Below, one piece after another: positions 29,714-40,667 of a stretch of 64,000 bases of DNA. The notes beneath the pieces are model-generated. The model saw only the letters and a program-made list of their open reading frames with translations, did no database searches and had not been told where the DNA came from. The position numbers were made by a program, and so were the translations under genes. The stretch lies in contig CAZRAM010000006.1 of NCBI GenBank assembly GCA_964598145.1, positions 84,440-148,439 of the forward strand, given 5' to 3'. Within the stretch, counting starts at the first letter, position 1; every line of letters begins with the position of its first letter. This DNA comes from an uncultured Pseudomonadales bacterium. Lineage in GTDB: Bacteria > Pseudomonadota > Gammaproteobacteria > Pseudomonadales > JAHEIH01.

Positions 29714-30397
29714 ATGTCTAGTGCGGTGTTGTCAGCCAAGGGACTTTGTAAACACTTCAGTGAGGGTGGGGCGGTGCTCGACATCCTGCAGGGCGTTGAA
29801 CTCGACGTCCAAGCGGGTGAAAGTGTCGCTATCATCGGTGCCTCGGGTGCCGGCAAAACCACCTTGCTCAACTTGTTGGGCGGCCTCGATGCGCCAAGTA
29901 GTGGCAGCGTAGCGCTGCAGGGGCATGTATTGGCCGATGCCAGTGAAAAACAGCGCGATGCACTGCGCAACCGCCACCTAGGTTTTGTCTACCAGTTGCA
30001 CCACTTACTGGCGGAATTCAGCGCTCTGGAAAACGTGGCGATGCCATTGTTGATACGCGGTGTCGCGCGCGCCGAGGCAATGCAGCGCGCCAGCGCCATG
30101 CTGGCGAAGGTCAATTTGTCCCATCGTGAGATGCACAAGCCAGCCCAGCTGTCGGGTGGAGAGCGGCAACGGGTGGCGATTGCTCGCGCCTTGGTGGGTG
30201 AGCCCGCCTGTGTATTGATGGACGAGCCTACCGGTAACCTCGATCCCCACAATGCCGCCTCGGTCTGGCAGTTGATGAGCGACTTAATGCAGTCGATGCA
30301 GACCGCCTTTGTGGTGGTCACCCACGACGAGAGCCTTGCCGCCCGCATGGACCGCCAGTTGCGCCTGCAAGACGGAGTATTGCGCGCCGATGGCTAG
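29714..30397 (+). CDS. lolD: Lipoprotein-releasing system ATPase LolD
   Basis: 227 aa. Walker [10 protein letters not shown], signature LSGGERQR and Walker B VLMDEPT. Confidence 0.95.
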   Translation: MSSAVLSAKGLCKHFSEGGAVLDILQGVELDVQAGESVAIIGASGAGKTTLLNLLGGLDAPSSGSVALQGHVLADASEKQRDALRNRHLGFVYQLHHLLAEFSALENVAMPLLIRGVARAEAMQRASAMLAKVNLSHREMHKPAQLSGGERQRVAIARALVGEPACVLMDEPTGNLDPHNAASVWQLMSDLMQSMQTAFVVVTHDESLAARMDRQLRLQDGVLRADG

Positions 30398-31613
30398 TGG
30401 TATCTCGCTACAACTTGGTTGGCGCTACAGTTTTGGTGTAGCGCGCGAGCGATTGCTGTCTTTTTTGGCGCGCGTATCTTCAGCTGGTTTAGCACTGGGG
30501 GTGGCGCTCCTCATCCTGGTACTGTCGGTGATGAATGGCTTTCAGCGCGAACTTGAAGAACGCATCTTAAACTTGGTGCCGCAAGCGGTGGTCGGCAGTT
30601 ACTTTGGCTTGAATGATTGGCAGAGCGATGCCCAACAGGTCAAAGCTCAGCCGGGGGTAGAGGCAGTGGCACCCTTCACCAAAGTACAGGCGATGCTGAG
30701 TGCGCGCAATGTGGTAGTGCCGGTGCTGGGTTTTGGGATTGAGCCGCAATACGAGACTCAGGTGTCAGACCTAGCCCGTTTCGCGCCGCAGTTTGCCAGC
30801 CAATTGGCGAGCCCAGACGCGCTGCTAGTGGGGGCGGGCGTTGCCGCCGAACTGGGGTTACAGGCGGGGGATGGTGTCATGATGATCGTGCCTAGCCGCG
30901 ATAAGCGCCGCCTACCGGTCTTGCGCAAGTTGCGCGTGGTGGACGTGTTCAGCACGGCGACTGAGATCGACAATAATTTGGTGTTGTTGCCACTGGCAAC
31001 GGCCAACGATCTTCGCGGTCTAGCAGGCCCAGAGGGGTTGCGGCTGCGCCTAACTGACCTGTTTGAGGCGCGCCGTATCGCCTGGGAAATTCAGCAGACC
31101 AATCCTTCGTTTGACTACGCCACCGACTGGTCGAATAGCCATGGCAATCTCTATCGCGCGGTTCACATGTCGCGCAACATCGTCACGCTGTTGTTGTTTG
31201 TCATCGTGCTTGTGGCGGTGTTCAACGTCGTCAGTGCGCTGGTGATGGGGGTGCGCGATAAAGAAGGCGAAATCGCCATCTTGCGTACCATGGGCTTGTC
31301 GCGCGGCGCGATTATGCGCGCCTTTATCGTGCAGGGTGCGGTGATCGGCGCCGTGGGCGTGTTGTTTGGCGTGTTGGCGGGGGTTGGCTTGAGCGCGCTA
31401 GCGCCCCACGCCGTGGCGGGTTTAGAGACCTTGTTGGGGACGCAATTTCTCGACCCCAGCATTTATCCTATTGCCTACTTGCCGTCGGATATTCGTCTCT
31501 CAAACGTATTGGCCGTGGGGGGACTATCGATGTTGATTTGTCTACTGGCGACCATTATTCCAGCTTGGCGCGCGGCTCGTTTGCAACCAGCGGCGGTCTT
31601 ACGGGGCGAATAG
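30390..31613 (+). CDS. lolE: Lipoprotein-releasing system permease LolE
   Basis: Start set at ATG 30390 ([15 protein letters not shown], LolE-like), overlapping the lolD stop by 8 nt. The longest ORF (30309) overlaps lolD by 89 nt. FtsX-type permease. Confidence 0.9.
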   Translation: MASGISLQLGWRYSFGVARERLLSFLARVSSAGLALGVALLILVLSVMNGFQRELEERILNLVPQAVVGSYFGLNDWQSDAQQVKAQPGVEAVAPFTKVQAMLSARNVVVPVLGFGIEPQYETQVSDLARFAPQFASQLASPDALLVGAGVAAELGLQAGDGVMMIVPSRDKRRLPVLRKLRVVDVFSTATEIDNNLVLLPLATANDLRGLAGPEGLRLRLTDLFEARRIAWEIQQTNPSFDYATDWSNSHGNLYRAVHMSRNIVTLLLFVIVLVAVFNVVSALVMGVRDKEGEIAILRTMGLSRGAIMRAFIVQGAVIGAVGVLFGVLAGVGLSALAPHAVAGLETLLGTQFLDPSIYPIAYLPSDIRLSNVLAVGGLSMLICLLATIIPAWRAARLQPAAVLRGE

Positions 31614-31614
31614 T

Positions 31615-32136
31615 CTAGGCTTTTTGGCGTTCGAGTTTACGCTTCTGCCAACGGTGTACCACGTGCCAGCGCCACAGCAGTGATGAGCCGTACATGCCAA
31701 TGAAGGCGGCGATCAGGCCAGATACAAAACATCCTAACAGGAAGGGTTGCCATATGGAGGTCAACTCCGAACCTAGCCATTCCCAGGTCAGTTCAAACAC
31801 GAAGTCGGTGGGCGGGGTATTGAGCAGCAAAGTGCCAAACTTGTAAGTGCCATAAAAAATCACCGGCATAGTGACAGGGTTGGTGACCCAAACCAGCGCC
31901 ACCGAGAGTGCTAAATTACAGCGAAACCACACCGCCAGGGCAGCAGCCATCACCATTTGGGTAGGCAGTGGCACAAACGCCATAAACAACCCCACCGCGA
32001 AGGCGCGCGACACCGAGACACGATTAATGTGCCAAAGATTCGGGTCGTGTAACCAATCGCCTAAAAGGTGCAAGCCCTTTTGATTTTTGATTTTTTCAGG
32101 CGTTGGCAGAAAGCGTTTGATGAGCTTTCTTGGCAT
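31615..32136 (-). CDS. DUF2062-type membrane protein
   Basis: 173 aa with a basic N-terminus and 3-4 TM helices. The family call is from memory, based on its conserved position next to comEC. Confidence 0.6.
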   Translation of the reverse strand: MPRKLIKRFLPTPEKIKNQKGLHLLGDWLHDPNLWHINRVSVSRAFAVGLFMAFVPLPTQMVMAAALAVWFRCNLALSVALVWVTNPVTMPVIFYGTYKFGTLLLNTPPTDFVFELTWEWLGSELTSIWQPFLLGCFVSGLIAAFIGMYGSSLLWRWHVVHRWQKRKLERQKA

Positions 32137-32214
32137 CAGCTGTCCTTCTGTCCTGTTAACGAATTCACTCCGCGCAACTATACCTTATAGCGTGTGAACA
32201 AACAGTGAAATTTT

Positions 32215-34443
32215 GTGACAGGGATCGTCATGATGCCGGCGTGGATGCTTATTTTTTGCGGTGTGGCGGCCACTTTTCCCCATCTGCCTAGTCTACCTAA
32301 TGTGACTACCGCCTGGTTGGGGGCCGTTGTCGCGGTGGTTTGTTGGCGGGTATCGCCGACCGCCATGGCCGCTTTACTGGCTATGGCGTGGGTTAGCTTG
32401 CATGGCCACCACTACCTGAGTTCGAGGCTGCCCGTCGAACTGGAGGGGCAGCCCCTGCAGGTGGAAGCCTGTGTGGCCAAGCTATTTGCGCCTTTTGATG
32501 GGCGCTATCGCCGCGTGACGATGGATATTGTCAGCACGGAAGGTGATCGCTGGGGTGGTCGGGTACAGCTGGGGGATTATGCGGGTTGGCCGCTGCACGC
32601 GGGACATTGCTATGCCATCGAAGTAAAGCTAAAGCGGCCACATTCGCTGCACAATTTTGCCCTGCCAGATCGCGGCGCGCAGTCGGTCGCGCGGGGTATT
32701 GTCGCGCAGGGTTATATCCGCCAGTGGCACGGCGAGCTAAAAGGTCGTTGGTACGATGCCACGCTTAGGCAGCGATCCAAGTTGCAGCGATGGATACTGG
32801 ACTCGCCGTTATCCGATACCCACAAAGGTTTGCTTGCTGCGTTGGTGTTGGGTGATAAAAGTTTGCTCGATAGCGCCTTGTGGCAAGACAGCGTGCGCAG
32901 TGGCACCGTGCATCTGCTGGTCGTGTCTGGATTGCACGTTGGCATGGCGGCGTTGAGCACCTATGGCCTGTGCTTTGGCCTCGCGTGGTGCTGGCCGAAT
33001 AGTTATCGCTGGCTGTCGCGTCGGCGACAGGCGTGGTTGGGCGCTTGGTTTGGCGGTGTGGCGTTTGCGCTATTGAGTGGCTGGGGCTTACCCGCCCAGC
33101 GAGCGGTGATTATGTTGAGCGTGGCGGTGTGGTATGGCCTGCAGCGGCGGCCTTTGTCTCCATGGCTAGCTTGGGGTGTAGCGTGCATGGCCGTTTTAGT
33201 GCTGCAGCCCATGGCGGGGCTGAGTTTGGGGTTTTGGCTCAGCTTTGGTCTCGTCGCGGCGCTGATGGCGGGCGCTAGCAATACTCAAGGAAGCGCTGCA
33301 TGGGGCCGGCAACTGCTTCTTGCACAGGGGCGTTGCCTGCTATTTTCGACGCCGTTGTTGTGGTGGCAAACTGGCGCGGTCAGCGCCATCGCACCTTTTG
33401 TTAACCTGTTGTTGGTGCCGGCCATGTCGGTGTTGCTGCCCGCGCTGTTGTTGCTCAGTGCGGGCGCGGCGTTGTCGCCTTGGTTCTGGTGGCCTTTGCA
33501 GCAGTGTCTGCAGGCCTTGTATTGGGTGATGCACCACGCGGCCGAGGTAGACTGGGCCTTTCGCTCATTTCCCATGCTGTCGTCATGTGCCGTGACGCTG
33601 GTGTTTGTCGGCGTGGCTGTGTTGCTATTGCCGCCGGCGCTGCCTTGGCGGACACTGGCTTGGCCGGTAATACTGCTCGCTGGTTTTTTGCCTGTGCCGC
33701 GTAGCGATGCGACATTGAGGTTGGATGTTTTTGATGTCGGGCAGGGCAGTGCTGTTCTTCTGCAAAGCGCTGCCCAGGTAGGACTCTACGATACCGGCCC
33801 GAGGTACGGAGACTACACGGCGATGCAAAGCCAGTTGTTACCGGTATTGCGGCGCTTGGGTATCGAGCAAATCGATCAGGTGTGGGTGTCGCACAGCGAT
33901 AGCGATCACAGCGGTGGATGGCGAACACTGCGCAAGGCCTTGCCGGTGCTTGGGGCGGCATTGCCGCATGCTCATCGTTGCGAGCGAGGCCAGCGCTGGC
34001 GCTTGGGTGATGTCGTTATCACGGCGCTGTGGCCGCTGCCCGACGAGCGCAGTCGCGAGCCCAATAATTTATCCTGTACGCTGCTGTTGGAAGTGGCTGG
34101 CCGACGCCTGTTGCTGCCGGGTGACATCGAAGCGGGTGTCGAGGCGCGCTTGATGGCGCAAGGGTTGCCGACCGTCGATGTGTTGTTTGCACCACATCAC
34201 GGCTCCAAGACCTCCAGCAGTGTCGAGTTTGTAAATGCGCTTCAGCCGCGGCACGTGGTGGTGGAAAGTGGCTATCGCAATCGTTACGGGCATCCCCATA
34301 GCGATGTTATGGGGCGTTACCACGCGCTTGCCGCGCGCGACTGGTGGACCGCGCGGGATGGTGCTATTCGTATCGAGGTGGCTGAGGATGGTCGTTTGAC
34401 GATGACGACCTCGCGGCGCGAAAGACCGGCATTTTGGCATTGA
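32215..34443 (+). CDS. comEC: DNA internalisation-related competence protein ComEC/Rec2
   Basis: 742 aa. Many TM helices plus a C-terminal metallo-beta-lactamase domain (VSHSDSDHSGG, APHHGS). The start is uncertain. Confidence 0.9.
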   Translation: MTGIVMMPAWMLIFCGVAATFPHLPSLPNVTTAWLGAVVAVVCWRVSPTAMAALLAMAWVSLHGHHYLSSRLPVELEGQPLQVEACVAKLFAPFDGRYRRVTMDIVSTEGDRWGGRVQLGDYAGWPLHAGHCYAIEVKLKRPHSLHNFALPDRGAQSVARGIVAQGYIRQWHGELKGRWYDATLRQRSKLQRWILDSPLSDTHKGLLAALVLGDKSLLDSALWQDSVRSGTVHLLVVSGLHVGMAALSTYGLCFGLAWCWPNSYRWLSRRRQAWLGAWFGGVAFALLSGWGLPAQRAVIMLSVAVWYGLQRRPLSPWLAWGVACMAVLVLQPMAGLSLGFWLSFGLVAALMAGASNTQGSAAWGRQLLLAQGRCLLFSTPLLWWQTGAVSAIAPFVNLLLVPAMSVLLPALLLLSAGAALSPWFWWPLQQCLQALYWVMHHAAEVDWAFRSFPMLSSCAVTLVFVGVAVLLLPPALPWRTLAWPVILLAGFLPVPRSDATLRLDVFDVGQGSAVLLQSAAQVGLYDTGPRYGDYTAMQSQLLPVLRRLGIEQIDQVWVSHSDSDHSGGWRTLRKALPVLGAALPHAHRCERGQRWRLGDVVITALWPLPDERSREPNNLSCTLLLEVAGRRLLLPGDIEAGVEARLMAQGLPTVDVLFAPHHGSKTSSSVEFVNALQPRHVVVESGYRNRYGHPHSDVMGRYHALAARDWWTARDGAIRIEVAEDGRLTMTTSRRERPAFWH

Positions 34444-34506
34444 TTCATGCCCAGTTTGCTGTAGATGTGTTACAGTTTGAGCATCTAATTCAGGGAGATA
34501 GACAGG

Positions 34507-35127
34507 GTGTTTGAGATTTTGCTGAAGGGCGGTTGGTTAATGTTGCCGATCGTACTCTGTTCGGTGATCGCGACCGCTATTTGCATCGAGCGCAGCTGGG
34601 CGCTTAGGGCAGAAAAATTGGCACCTTCACGTTTGCTGGGCGATGTTTGGGCCTGGCTCAAAAATAACGAACTCGACCCCGCACGGCTCGAAAAGTTGGC
34701 CAGTGACAGCGCGTTGGGAAGCATCATGGCGGCCGGGCTAAACAACGCCAAGCACGGCCGTGAAATCATGAAGGAAAGCATCCAAGAAGTGGCCAGCCAA
34801 GTCGTGCACGATATGGAACGCTACCTGAATACTCTCGGCACCATCGCCGCCATTACTCCTCTGCTGGGTCTGCTGGGCACGGTGATCGGGATGATCAAAG
34901 TATTTGGCGAAATTATGCAGTACGGTACCGGCAATGCTGGCGTGTTGGCCGGGGGTATTTCGGAAGCCTTGATTACCACTGCAGCGGGCCTAGCGGTCGC
35001 CATTCCCACCCTTATTGCTCACCGCCATTTTAGCCGTAAGGTGGATAGCCTGGTGGTGCATATGGAACAGCAGACGGTGAAGCTCGTCGATGCCTTGTAC
35101 AGCAAGCGCCGTGTGAGCCTCGACTAA
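34507..35127 (+). CDS. exbB: MotA/TolQ/ExbB proton-channel protein
   Basis: 206 aa with GTG start. Three TM helices; conserved region TIAAITPLLGLLGTVIGMI and GGISEALITTAAGL. Confidence 0.85.
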   Translation: MFEILLKGGWLMLPIVLCSVIATAICIERSWALRAEKLAPSRLLGDVWAWLKNNELDPARLEKLASDSALGSIMAAGLNNAKHGREIMKESIQEVASQVVHDMERYLNTLGTIAAITPLLGLLGTVIGMIKVFGEIMQYGTGNAGVLAGGISEALITTAAGLAVAIPTLIAHRHFSRKVDSLVVHMEQQTVKLVDALYSKRRVSLD

Positions 35128-35128
35128 T

Positions 35129-35545
35129 ATGCAGTTTCGCCGCCAGCTTCGCGACCCGGTTAATATTAATCTCACCCCGCTCATTGACGTGGTGTTTTTG
35201 CTGTTGATCTTTTTTATGGTCTCGACCAGTTTTAGCCGTGAAACCCAGTTGCAAGTCGATCTGCCCAGCGCCAACGGTGCTGAGGTTGAGGAGACGGTGA
35301 CCAGTATCGATATCGGCATTGGGCGCGACGGTCAAATCGCTATTGGCGGCAAGGCGTTAGCTACCTCTGATCGCGATGTGTTGCGCGGTGCCTTGCGGCA
35401 GGCAGCGGCCGGGCAAGAATCTCCGCAAATTATTGTTAGTGCCGACGCGCAAGCGCCGCACCAAGCTTTTGTGAATGTCATGGATGTGGCGGCGTCGCTG
35501 GGTTACAAACGCCTCGCCATCGCGGCCCAACGAGAGGATGACTGA
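35129..35545 (+). CDS. exbD: ExbD/TolR family protein
   Basis: 138 aa. N-terminal INLTPLIDVVFLLLIFFMV TM motif. Confidence 0.85.
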   Translation: MQFRRQLRDPVNINLTPLIDVVFLLLIFFMVSTSFSRETQLQVDLPSANGAEVEETVTSIDIGIGRDGQIAIGGKALATSDRDVLRGALRQAAAGQESPQIIVSADAQAPHQAFVNVMDVAASLGYKRLAIAAQREDD

Positions 35546-37347
35546 TGGCCTCGCCCTCGGATTTTTCAACCTACAAACGGCTACTGATGTATGCGCTACC
35601 GGCGTGGAAGTTGTTTTTGGTGAGTATTGTAGGCTTTTTCCTATTCGCCGCGGCCGATGTGCTACTCGCGGATTTGATGCAGTTCATCATCGATAGCTTG
35701 GGCAGTAAATCTTCCCTCGATATGGGGGTTGTGTCCAAGGTGGTGGATCACTTTATTGGACTGGATGGCGCCACCAGTGATCAACTGCGGGTGATTATTC
35801 CAACGGCCATGATGATCTTGGCGATCATGCGTGGTTTGGGTTTCGTGCTGGGCAACTACTACATCCGCGTGGTCGCTCGGCAGGTCATCCACAGCATGCG
35901 TTGCGCGGTCTTCGACCACTTGGTGGATGCTCCCTCAAGCTACTACGACCAAAACACCAATGGTTTTTTGATTTCTAAAATTACCTTCAACGTCGAGCAA
36001 GTCGCCGACGCGGTCACCAATGCTATCCGCACGGTAGTGCGCGAGGGCTTTTTGGTGATCGGTCTGTTGGCCTATCTGCTGTACATCAACTGGCGCCTGT
36101 CATTGGTGTTGTTGGCTATTACCCCCTTAATTGCTCTCGTGGTGGCCTATGTGGGCAAGCGTTTTCGACGCATTAGTCGCCGTATTCAGAACTCCATGGG
36201 GGATATCACCCACGTCTCTAGCGAAGCCATTTCGGGCTACCGCGAAGTGCGTATGTTTGGCGCCAAAGACGTCGAGCGCGGGCGCTTTTTCAAGGCCAGC
36301 GAATACAACCGCGTTCAGTTCTTGAAAATGGCCCTGACCGATGCCTTGAGCCCACCCATCCTGCAGATGTTTATCTCGCTGGCGTTGGCGATTTTGGTTT
36401 GGTTGGTACTGGCCCCAGATATGGCAGCGACCATGAGTCCGGGCCAGTTCGTTGCCTTTTTAGCGGCGGCCGGCATGTTGCACAAGCCGGTACGTTCCTT
36501 GAGCGAAGTCTATTCGGTGGTGCAAAAAGGCCTCGCTGCAGCAGAGGATATTTTTGAATTGCTCGACAGCGAGCGCGAGCGCGATGACGGGACCGAACAC
36601 CTGAGCCAGGTACGTGGCGAGGTGGCATTTAACCAAGTGGATTTTTTCTATACCCCTGAGCGCAAGGTGCTCGATGCTATCGATCTGCAGGTAACGGCGG
36701 GTGAAACGGTTGCCTTGGTGGGCTTGTCGGGCAGCGGTAAATCGACCTTGATGTCCTTACTGACGCGTTTTTATGAGCCGAGTGCGGGAACGATCAGTAT
36801 CGATGGCGTGTCTATTCAATCCTTGCCGCTAGACGAACTGCGCCAGCACATCGCACTGGTGTCGCAACAGGTGACCCTGTTCAACGATACCATCTACAAC
36901 AACATCGCCTATGGTTGTCTTGCCGATGCGGATCCAGCCGATGTGCACGCGGCGATCAATGCCGCCCACGCCGATGATTTTATTGCCAAGTTGCCGCAGG
37001 GACTGCAAACCATGGTAGGCGACGACGGGGTGTTGTTGTCGGGTGGTCAGCGGCAACGTATCGCGCTTGCGCGCGCACTGCTTAAAAACGCGCCTATTTT
37101 GATTCTCGATGAGGCCACCTCGGCGTTGGATAACGAGTCCGAACGCTATATTCAGCAGGCGCTGGATGCGGTGATGAAAGACCGCACGACGTTTGTTATC
37201 GCCCACCGTCTGTCGACCATCGAGCAAGCCGATCGCATCGTGGTGATGGAGCAGGGCCGTATAATCGAGCAGGGCGTCCACGCCGATTTATTGGCAGCCG
37301 GCGGCCGCTACGCGCAGCTGCACAGCCGTCAATTCGAGGACGCCTAG
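35545..37347 (+). CDS. msbA: Lipid A export ABC transporter MsbA
   Basis: 600 aa. Six-TM exporter domain, Walker A GLSGSGKST, signature LSGGQRQR and Walker B ILILDEATSALD. Precedes lpxK as in E. coli. Confidence 0.9.
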   Translation: MASPSDFSTYKRLLMYALPAWKLFLVSIVGFFLFAAADVLLADLMQFIIDSLGSKSSLDMGVVSKVVDHFIGLDGATSDQLRVIIPTAMMILAIMRGLGFVLGNYYIRVVARQVIHSMRCAVFDHLVDAPSSYYDQNTNGFLISKITFNVEQVADAVTNAIRTVVREGFLVIGLLAYLLYINWRLSLVLLAITPLIALVVAYVGKRFRRISRRIQNSMGDITHVSSEAISGYREVRMFGAKDVERGRFFKASEYNRVQFLKMALTDALSPPILQMFISLALAILVWLVLAPDMAATMSPGQFVAFLAAAGMLHKPVRSLSEVYSVVQKGLAAAEDIFELLDSERERDDGTEHLSQVRGEVAFNQVDFFYTPERKVLDAIDLQVTAGETVALVGLSGSGKSTLMSLLTRFYEPSAGTISIDGVSIQSLPLDELRQHIALVSQQVTLFNDTIYNNIAYGCLADADPADVHAAINAAHADDFIAKLPQGLQTMVGDDGVLLSGGQRQRIALARALLKNAPILILDEATSALDNESERYIQQALDAVMKDRTTFVIAHRLSTIEQADRIVVMEQGRIIEQGVHADLLAAGGRYAQLHSRQFEDA

Positions 37348-38324
37348 TGAATTTTTGGTACCGCCCTCTCACCTGGCGCGATGCGCTGTGGTTTATTACC
37401 TTGGGTCCTCTCACTGCCATCTTTGCCCTGTTGAGCGGGATTCGTCGCGCCCAGTATCGCCTCGGCCAGCGTCACGCTTGTAAAAGCGAGGCGCCAGTGG
37501 TGGTGGTAGGCAATATCAGTGTCGGCGGTACCGGTAAAACCCCGGTAACCCTCGCCTTGGTGGAGGCCTTGCAAGCGCGCGGCCTGAAACCCGCCATTGT
37601 CAGCCGAGGCTACGGCGCCCAGTGCGTTGATTTTCCCCGCTTAGTGGTTGCCAAAGACAGTGCGAGCGAGGTTGGCGACGAGCCACTGTTGTTGGCGCGT
37701 CGTGCCGATTGCCCGCTAGTGATTGATCCCGAGCGCTGCCGCGGTGTGGCATACCTCAATGAGCAGTTTTCTCCCGATGTCATCATCAGCGACGATGGCC
37801 TACAGCACTACGCCATGGGGCGTGCTTTCGAGATTGTGGTGAGCGATGCCGCGCGTGGTTTTGGCAACGGTTTTCTCTTGCCGCTAGGGCCGTTGCGCGA
37901 GCCTGTGTCACGCCTGCAGAATGTCGATGCACATTTCATTAACGGCGATCAGAGCAAGGGTTTTGTATTGCAGTGGCGCGCGGTGGTCAATGTCGCTACC
38001 GCTGAGCGCGTGGTGATTGAGGATTTTGACTTTGCCGAGGTGGCATACGCCGTGGCGGGTATTGGTCACCCGGCAAGGTTTTTTGATCAACTCGCCAGCC
38101 ATGGTTTTAATGGGCAATATCTCGACTTCCCCGATCATCACCAATTCGCCGAGGGGGATTTGCCCAGCGATGGACGGGTGTTAATGACGGAAAAAGACGC
38201 GGTAAAATGCGCCCAATTGGCCCATGCAGATCGTTGCTGGTATATCGAAGTCACGGCGCTATGGCAAAATAACCGCTTTAATGACGCGCTCGACAAGATT
38301 GTCGCGCTAGTAGGAGAACAATAG
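37347..38324 (+). CDS. lpxK: Tetraacyldisaccharide 4'-kinase
   Basis: 325 aa with GTG start. P-loop [13 protein letters not shown]. Confidence 0.92.
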   Translation: MNFWYRPLTWRDALWFITLGPLTAIFALLSGIRRAQYRLGQRHACKSEAPVVVVGNISVGGTGKTPVTLALVEALQARGLKPAIVSRGYGAQCVDFPRLVVAKDSASEVGDEPLLLARRADCPLVIDPERCRGVAYLNEQFSPDVIISDDGLQHYAMGRAFEIVVSDAARGFGNGFLLPLGPLREPVSRLQNVDAHFINGDQSKGFVLQWRAVVNVATAERVVIEDFDFAEVAYAVAGIGHPARFFDQLASHGFNGQYLDFPDHHQFAEGDLPSDGRVLMTEKDAVKCAQLAHADRCWYIEVTALWQNNRFNDALDKIVALVGEQ

Positions 38325-38326
38325 GC

Positions 38327-39094
38327 ATGACATTTTCGGTGGTGATTCCGGCGCGCTATGCGTCCACTCGACTGCCAGGAAAGCCGCTGCAAGATATCGC
38401 CGGCAAACCGATGGTGCAGCACGTCTATCAACAGGCCCTTAAATCCTCTGCCAGTGAGGTGTTGGTTGCCACCGACGATGCGCGTATTTTGGCGGCGGTA
38501 GAAGCCTTTGGTGGTCGCGCTGTAATGACCTCGAATAGCCACGAATCAGGCACCGACAGGTTGCAAGAGGTCGCGGCGCAAATGGGTTGGGCCGACGATC
38601 ACGTCGTGGTGAACGTGCAGGGCGATGAACCCTTGATTCCGCCGCAGGTCATCGACCAAGTGGCGGCACTCATCAATAGCGGCAGCGCCGCCGACGTAGC
38701 AACCCTGTGTGAAGCCATCCACAGTTTCGAGGATCTAATGAATCCCGCGGTGGTGAAAGTCGTGGCTGACCACCACCAACGGGCGCTGTACTTTTCACGC
38801 GCTCCCATCCCTTGGGATCGCGACGCCTTTGCGGCGGGGACGCAACAATTGAGTGCCGGTCAATACTGGCGCCATATTGGGATCTACGCTTACCGTGTAG
38901 CGACCCTCAATGCCTTTGTCGGTTGGCCTTTGGCGCCGCTGGAGGCCATTGAAAAGCTCGAACAACTGCGCGTCATGGCCAACGGCGGCAGTATCGCCGT
39001 AGCAGAGACCTGCCAGGCCATTCCCGGTGGGGTTGATACACCGGCAGATTTGGAGCGGGTCCGTGACTTTATTGCAGGAGGTTCGGTCGCGTGA
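38327..39094 (+). CDS. kdsB: 3-deoxy-manno-octulosonate cytidylyltransferase
   Basis: 255 aa. N-terminal [17 protein letters not shown] motif. Confidence 0.95.
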   Translation: MTFSVVIPARYASTRLPGKPLQDIAGKPMVQHVYQQALKSSASEVLVATDDARILAAVEAFGGRAVMTSNSHESGTDRLQEVAAQMGWADDHVVVNVQGDEPLIPPQVIDQVAALINSGSAADVATLCEAIHSFEDLMNPAVVKVVADHHQRALYFSRAPIPWDRDAFAAGTQQLSAGQYWRHIGIYAYRVATLNAFVGWPLAPLEAIEKLEQLRVMANGGSIAVAETCQAIPGGVDTPADLERVRDFIAGGSVA

Positions 39095-40191
39095 TCGTCT
39101 TGCGCTACCTCATGCGCGAAGTCATGGTCAGCATGTTTGCTGTCAGCTTCTCGTTGATGTTGATTGTGGTCAGCGGTCGTCTGGTGCGCTTGTTGTCGCA
39201 GGCAGCCTCTGGCGATATCGCGGGCGATGTGTTGTTCTTGATGTTGCTCTATCGCATGCCCAGTTTTTTGGAACTGATTCTGCCTCTGGGGATGTTCCTA
39301 GGTATCCTTCTGGCCTATGGCCGGCTTTATGTTGAAAGCGAAATGACGGTGTTGTCGGCTTGCGGGGTATCGACCCGCAAACTCGCCGGTTATACCTTGG
39401 TGTCGGCGGTCTTGGTTGCACTGTTGGTGGGCTTTGTCAGCCTATATGTCACCCCGGCGGCTTGGCAAAAGGCGCGCGATATCAGCAATGATCCTCGCAA
39501 TTCAGAGGGTATTAATACGCTGGTGGCGGGGCGCTTTAAAACGTATGGCGACGGCTCGCGTGTCAGCTATACCCGCAGTCTGAACGACACCCGCACCGAA
39601 ATGGAAAACGTCTTCATTGCCACCCGCATCCCGGAAGAAAATCGCGAGGGCAGGGTGCAGGTCATTTTGGCCGAGAAAGGTCGTATTCGCGCCGACAAGG
39701 ACAACGATGTTCGCTACATGGAGTTGGACCGTGGCCATCGCTACGTGGTGACTCCTGGGTATCGCGATGCTGAAATAACCCGCTTTGGTACCCTTGGGCA
39801 GCGTATTGATGAGCGCGATCGCGATATCGCCCAGCGACCCGATGTGGACGCTACGCCGACCCTGGATTTAATGCAGCGCAGTGACCTCGAGGCGGTCGCT
39901 GCCCTACAGTGGCGAATTGCCTTGCCGTTGACCGTCCCCATCGTGGCGATCATCGCGCTGGCGATGAGCCGCACCAATCACCGCAAGGGACGCTATTCGA
40001 AGATGCTGCCTGCGGTCATCCTGTATTTGTTTTACTTGGTGCTGATGAGCACCGTGCGCAGCGGCATCGAAGACGGCAAAATTCCGCCTGCGGTCAGTTT
40101 CTGGCCCTTGCATGGCCTGTTCTTGAGTATCGGCGTGTTTCTGCTTTACTACGACCGCCTTTCGATGACCTTAAAACGTAGGGGGCGATAA
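39091..40191 (+). CDS. lptF: LPS export ABC permease LptF
   Basis: 366 aa. N-terminus [11 protein letters not shown] and overall layout closely parallel E. coli LptF (MIIIRYLVRET...). YjgP/YjgQ family. Confidence 0.85.
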   Translation: MIVLRYLMREVMVSMFAVSFSLMLIVVSGRLVRLLSQAASGDIAGDVLFLMLLYRMPSFLELILPLGMFLGILLAYGRLYVESEMTVLSACGVSTRKLAGYTLVSAVLVALLVGFVSLYVTPAAWQKARDISNDPRNSEGINTLVAGRFKTYGDGSRVSYTRSLNDTRTEMENVFIATRIPEENREGRVQVILAEKGRIRADKDNDVRYMELDRGHRYVVTPGYRDAEITRFGTLGQRIDERDRDIAQRPDVDATPTLDLMQRSDLEAVAALQWRIALPLTVPIVAIIALAMSRTNHRKGRYSKMLPAVILYLFYLVLMSTVRSGIEDGKIPPAVSFWPLHGLFLSIGVFLLYYDRLSMTLKRRGR

Positions 40192-40667
40192 TGGCGGGCG
40201 ATATTCGCGTGTTATTTGTTTGCCTGGGCAATATCTGCCGTTCGCCCACCGCGCACGGTATTTTTGAACAATTGGCGTCGCAACACCCACTCGCCAAGCG
40301 TATCGAGGTCGATTCGGCCGGTACCGGGGCGTGGCACGTCGGCAATCCTCCTGATCCACGCGCGATCGAAGCGGCCCGCCGCCACGGCTGCGCTATTGAA
40401 CAACTGCGTGCGCGCCAGGTTGTGGTCGAGGACTTTGATTACTTCGATTACATTCTGGCGATGGATAGTGCCAATCTGCGTGATTTGCAGGCCATGCGTC
40501 CAGCGCACTACGGCGGCACGTTATGTCGCTTCCTTGAGTTTGCCGATCTGTCTGAGGATGTGCCCGACCCCTACTACGGGGGGGACGCAGGATTTGATCA
40601 CGTCTACCAACTGTGTGACGCCGCCAGCCGCGGTTTACTGCAGCACATTCAACAGCGCCATGGCTAA
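40191..40667 (+). CDS. Low-molecular-weight protein-tyrosine phosphatase
   Basis: 158 aa. CX5R(S/T) P-loop VCLGNICRSP and the Asp loop VPDPYYG. Confidence 0.92.
   Translation: MAGDIRVLFVCLGNICRSPTAHGIFEQLASQHPLAKRIEVDSAGTGAWHVGNPPDPRAIEAARRHGCAIEQLRARQVVVEDFDYFDYILAMDSANLRDLQAMRPAHYGGTLCRFLEFADLSEDVPDPYYGGDAGFDHVYQLCDAASRGLLQHIQQRHG

Noticed and set aside
40216-40659. N-terminal 148 codons of the 493-aa ORF that contains murB.
   Set aside because: This part overlaps the tyrosine-phosphatase gene in another frame and has an Arg/Ser/Pro-rich, non-protein-like composition. A MurB-like N-terminus begins at ATG 40660, so the long ORF is an upstream extension artefact. The same logic was applied to lolE (30309 moved to 30390), smc, zipA, uup, slyD and the flavodoxin-like gene.
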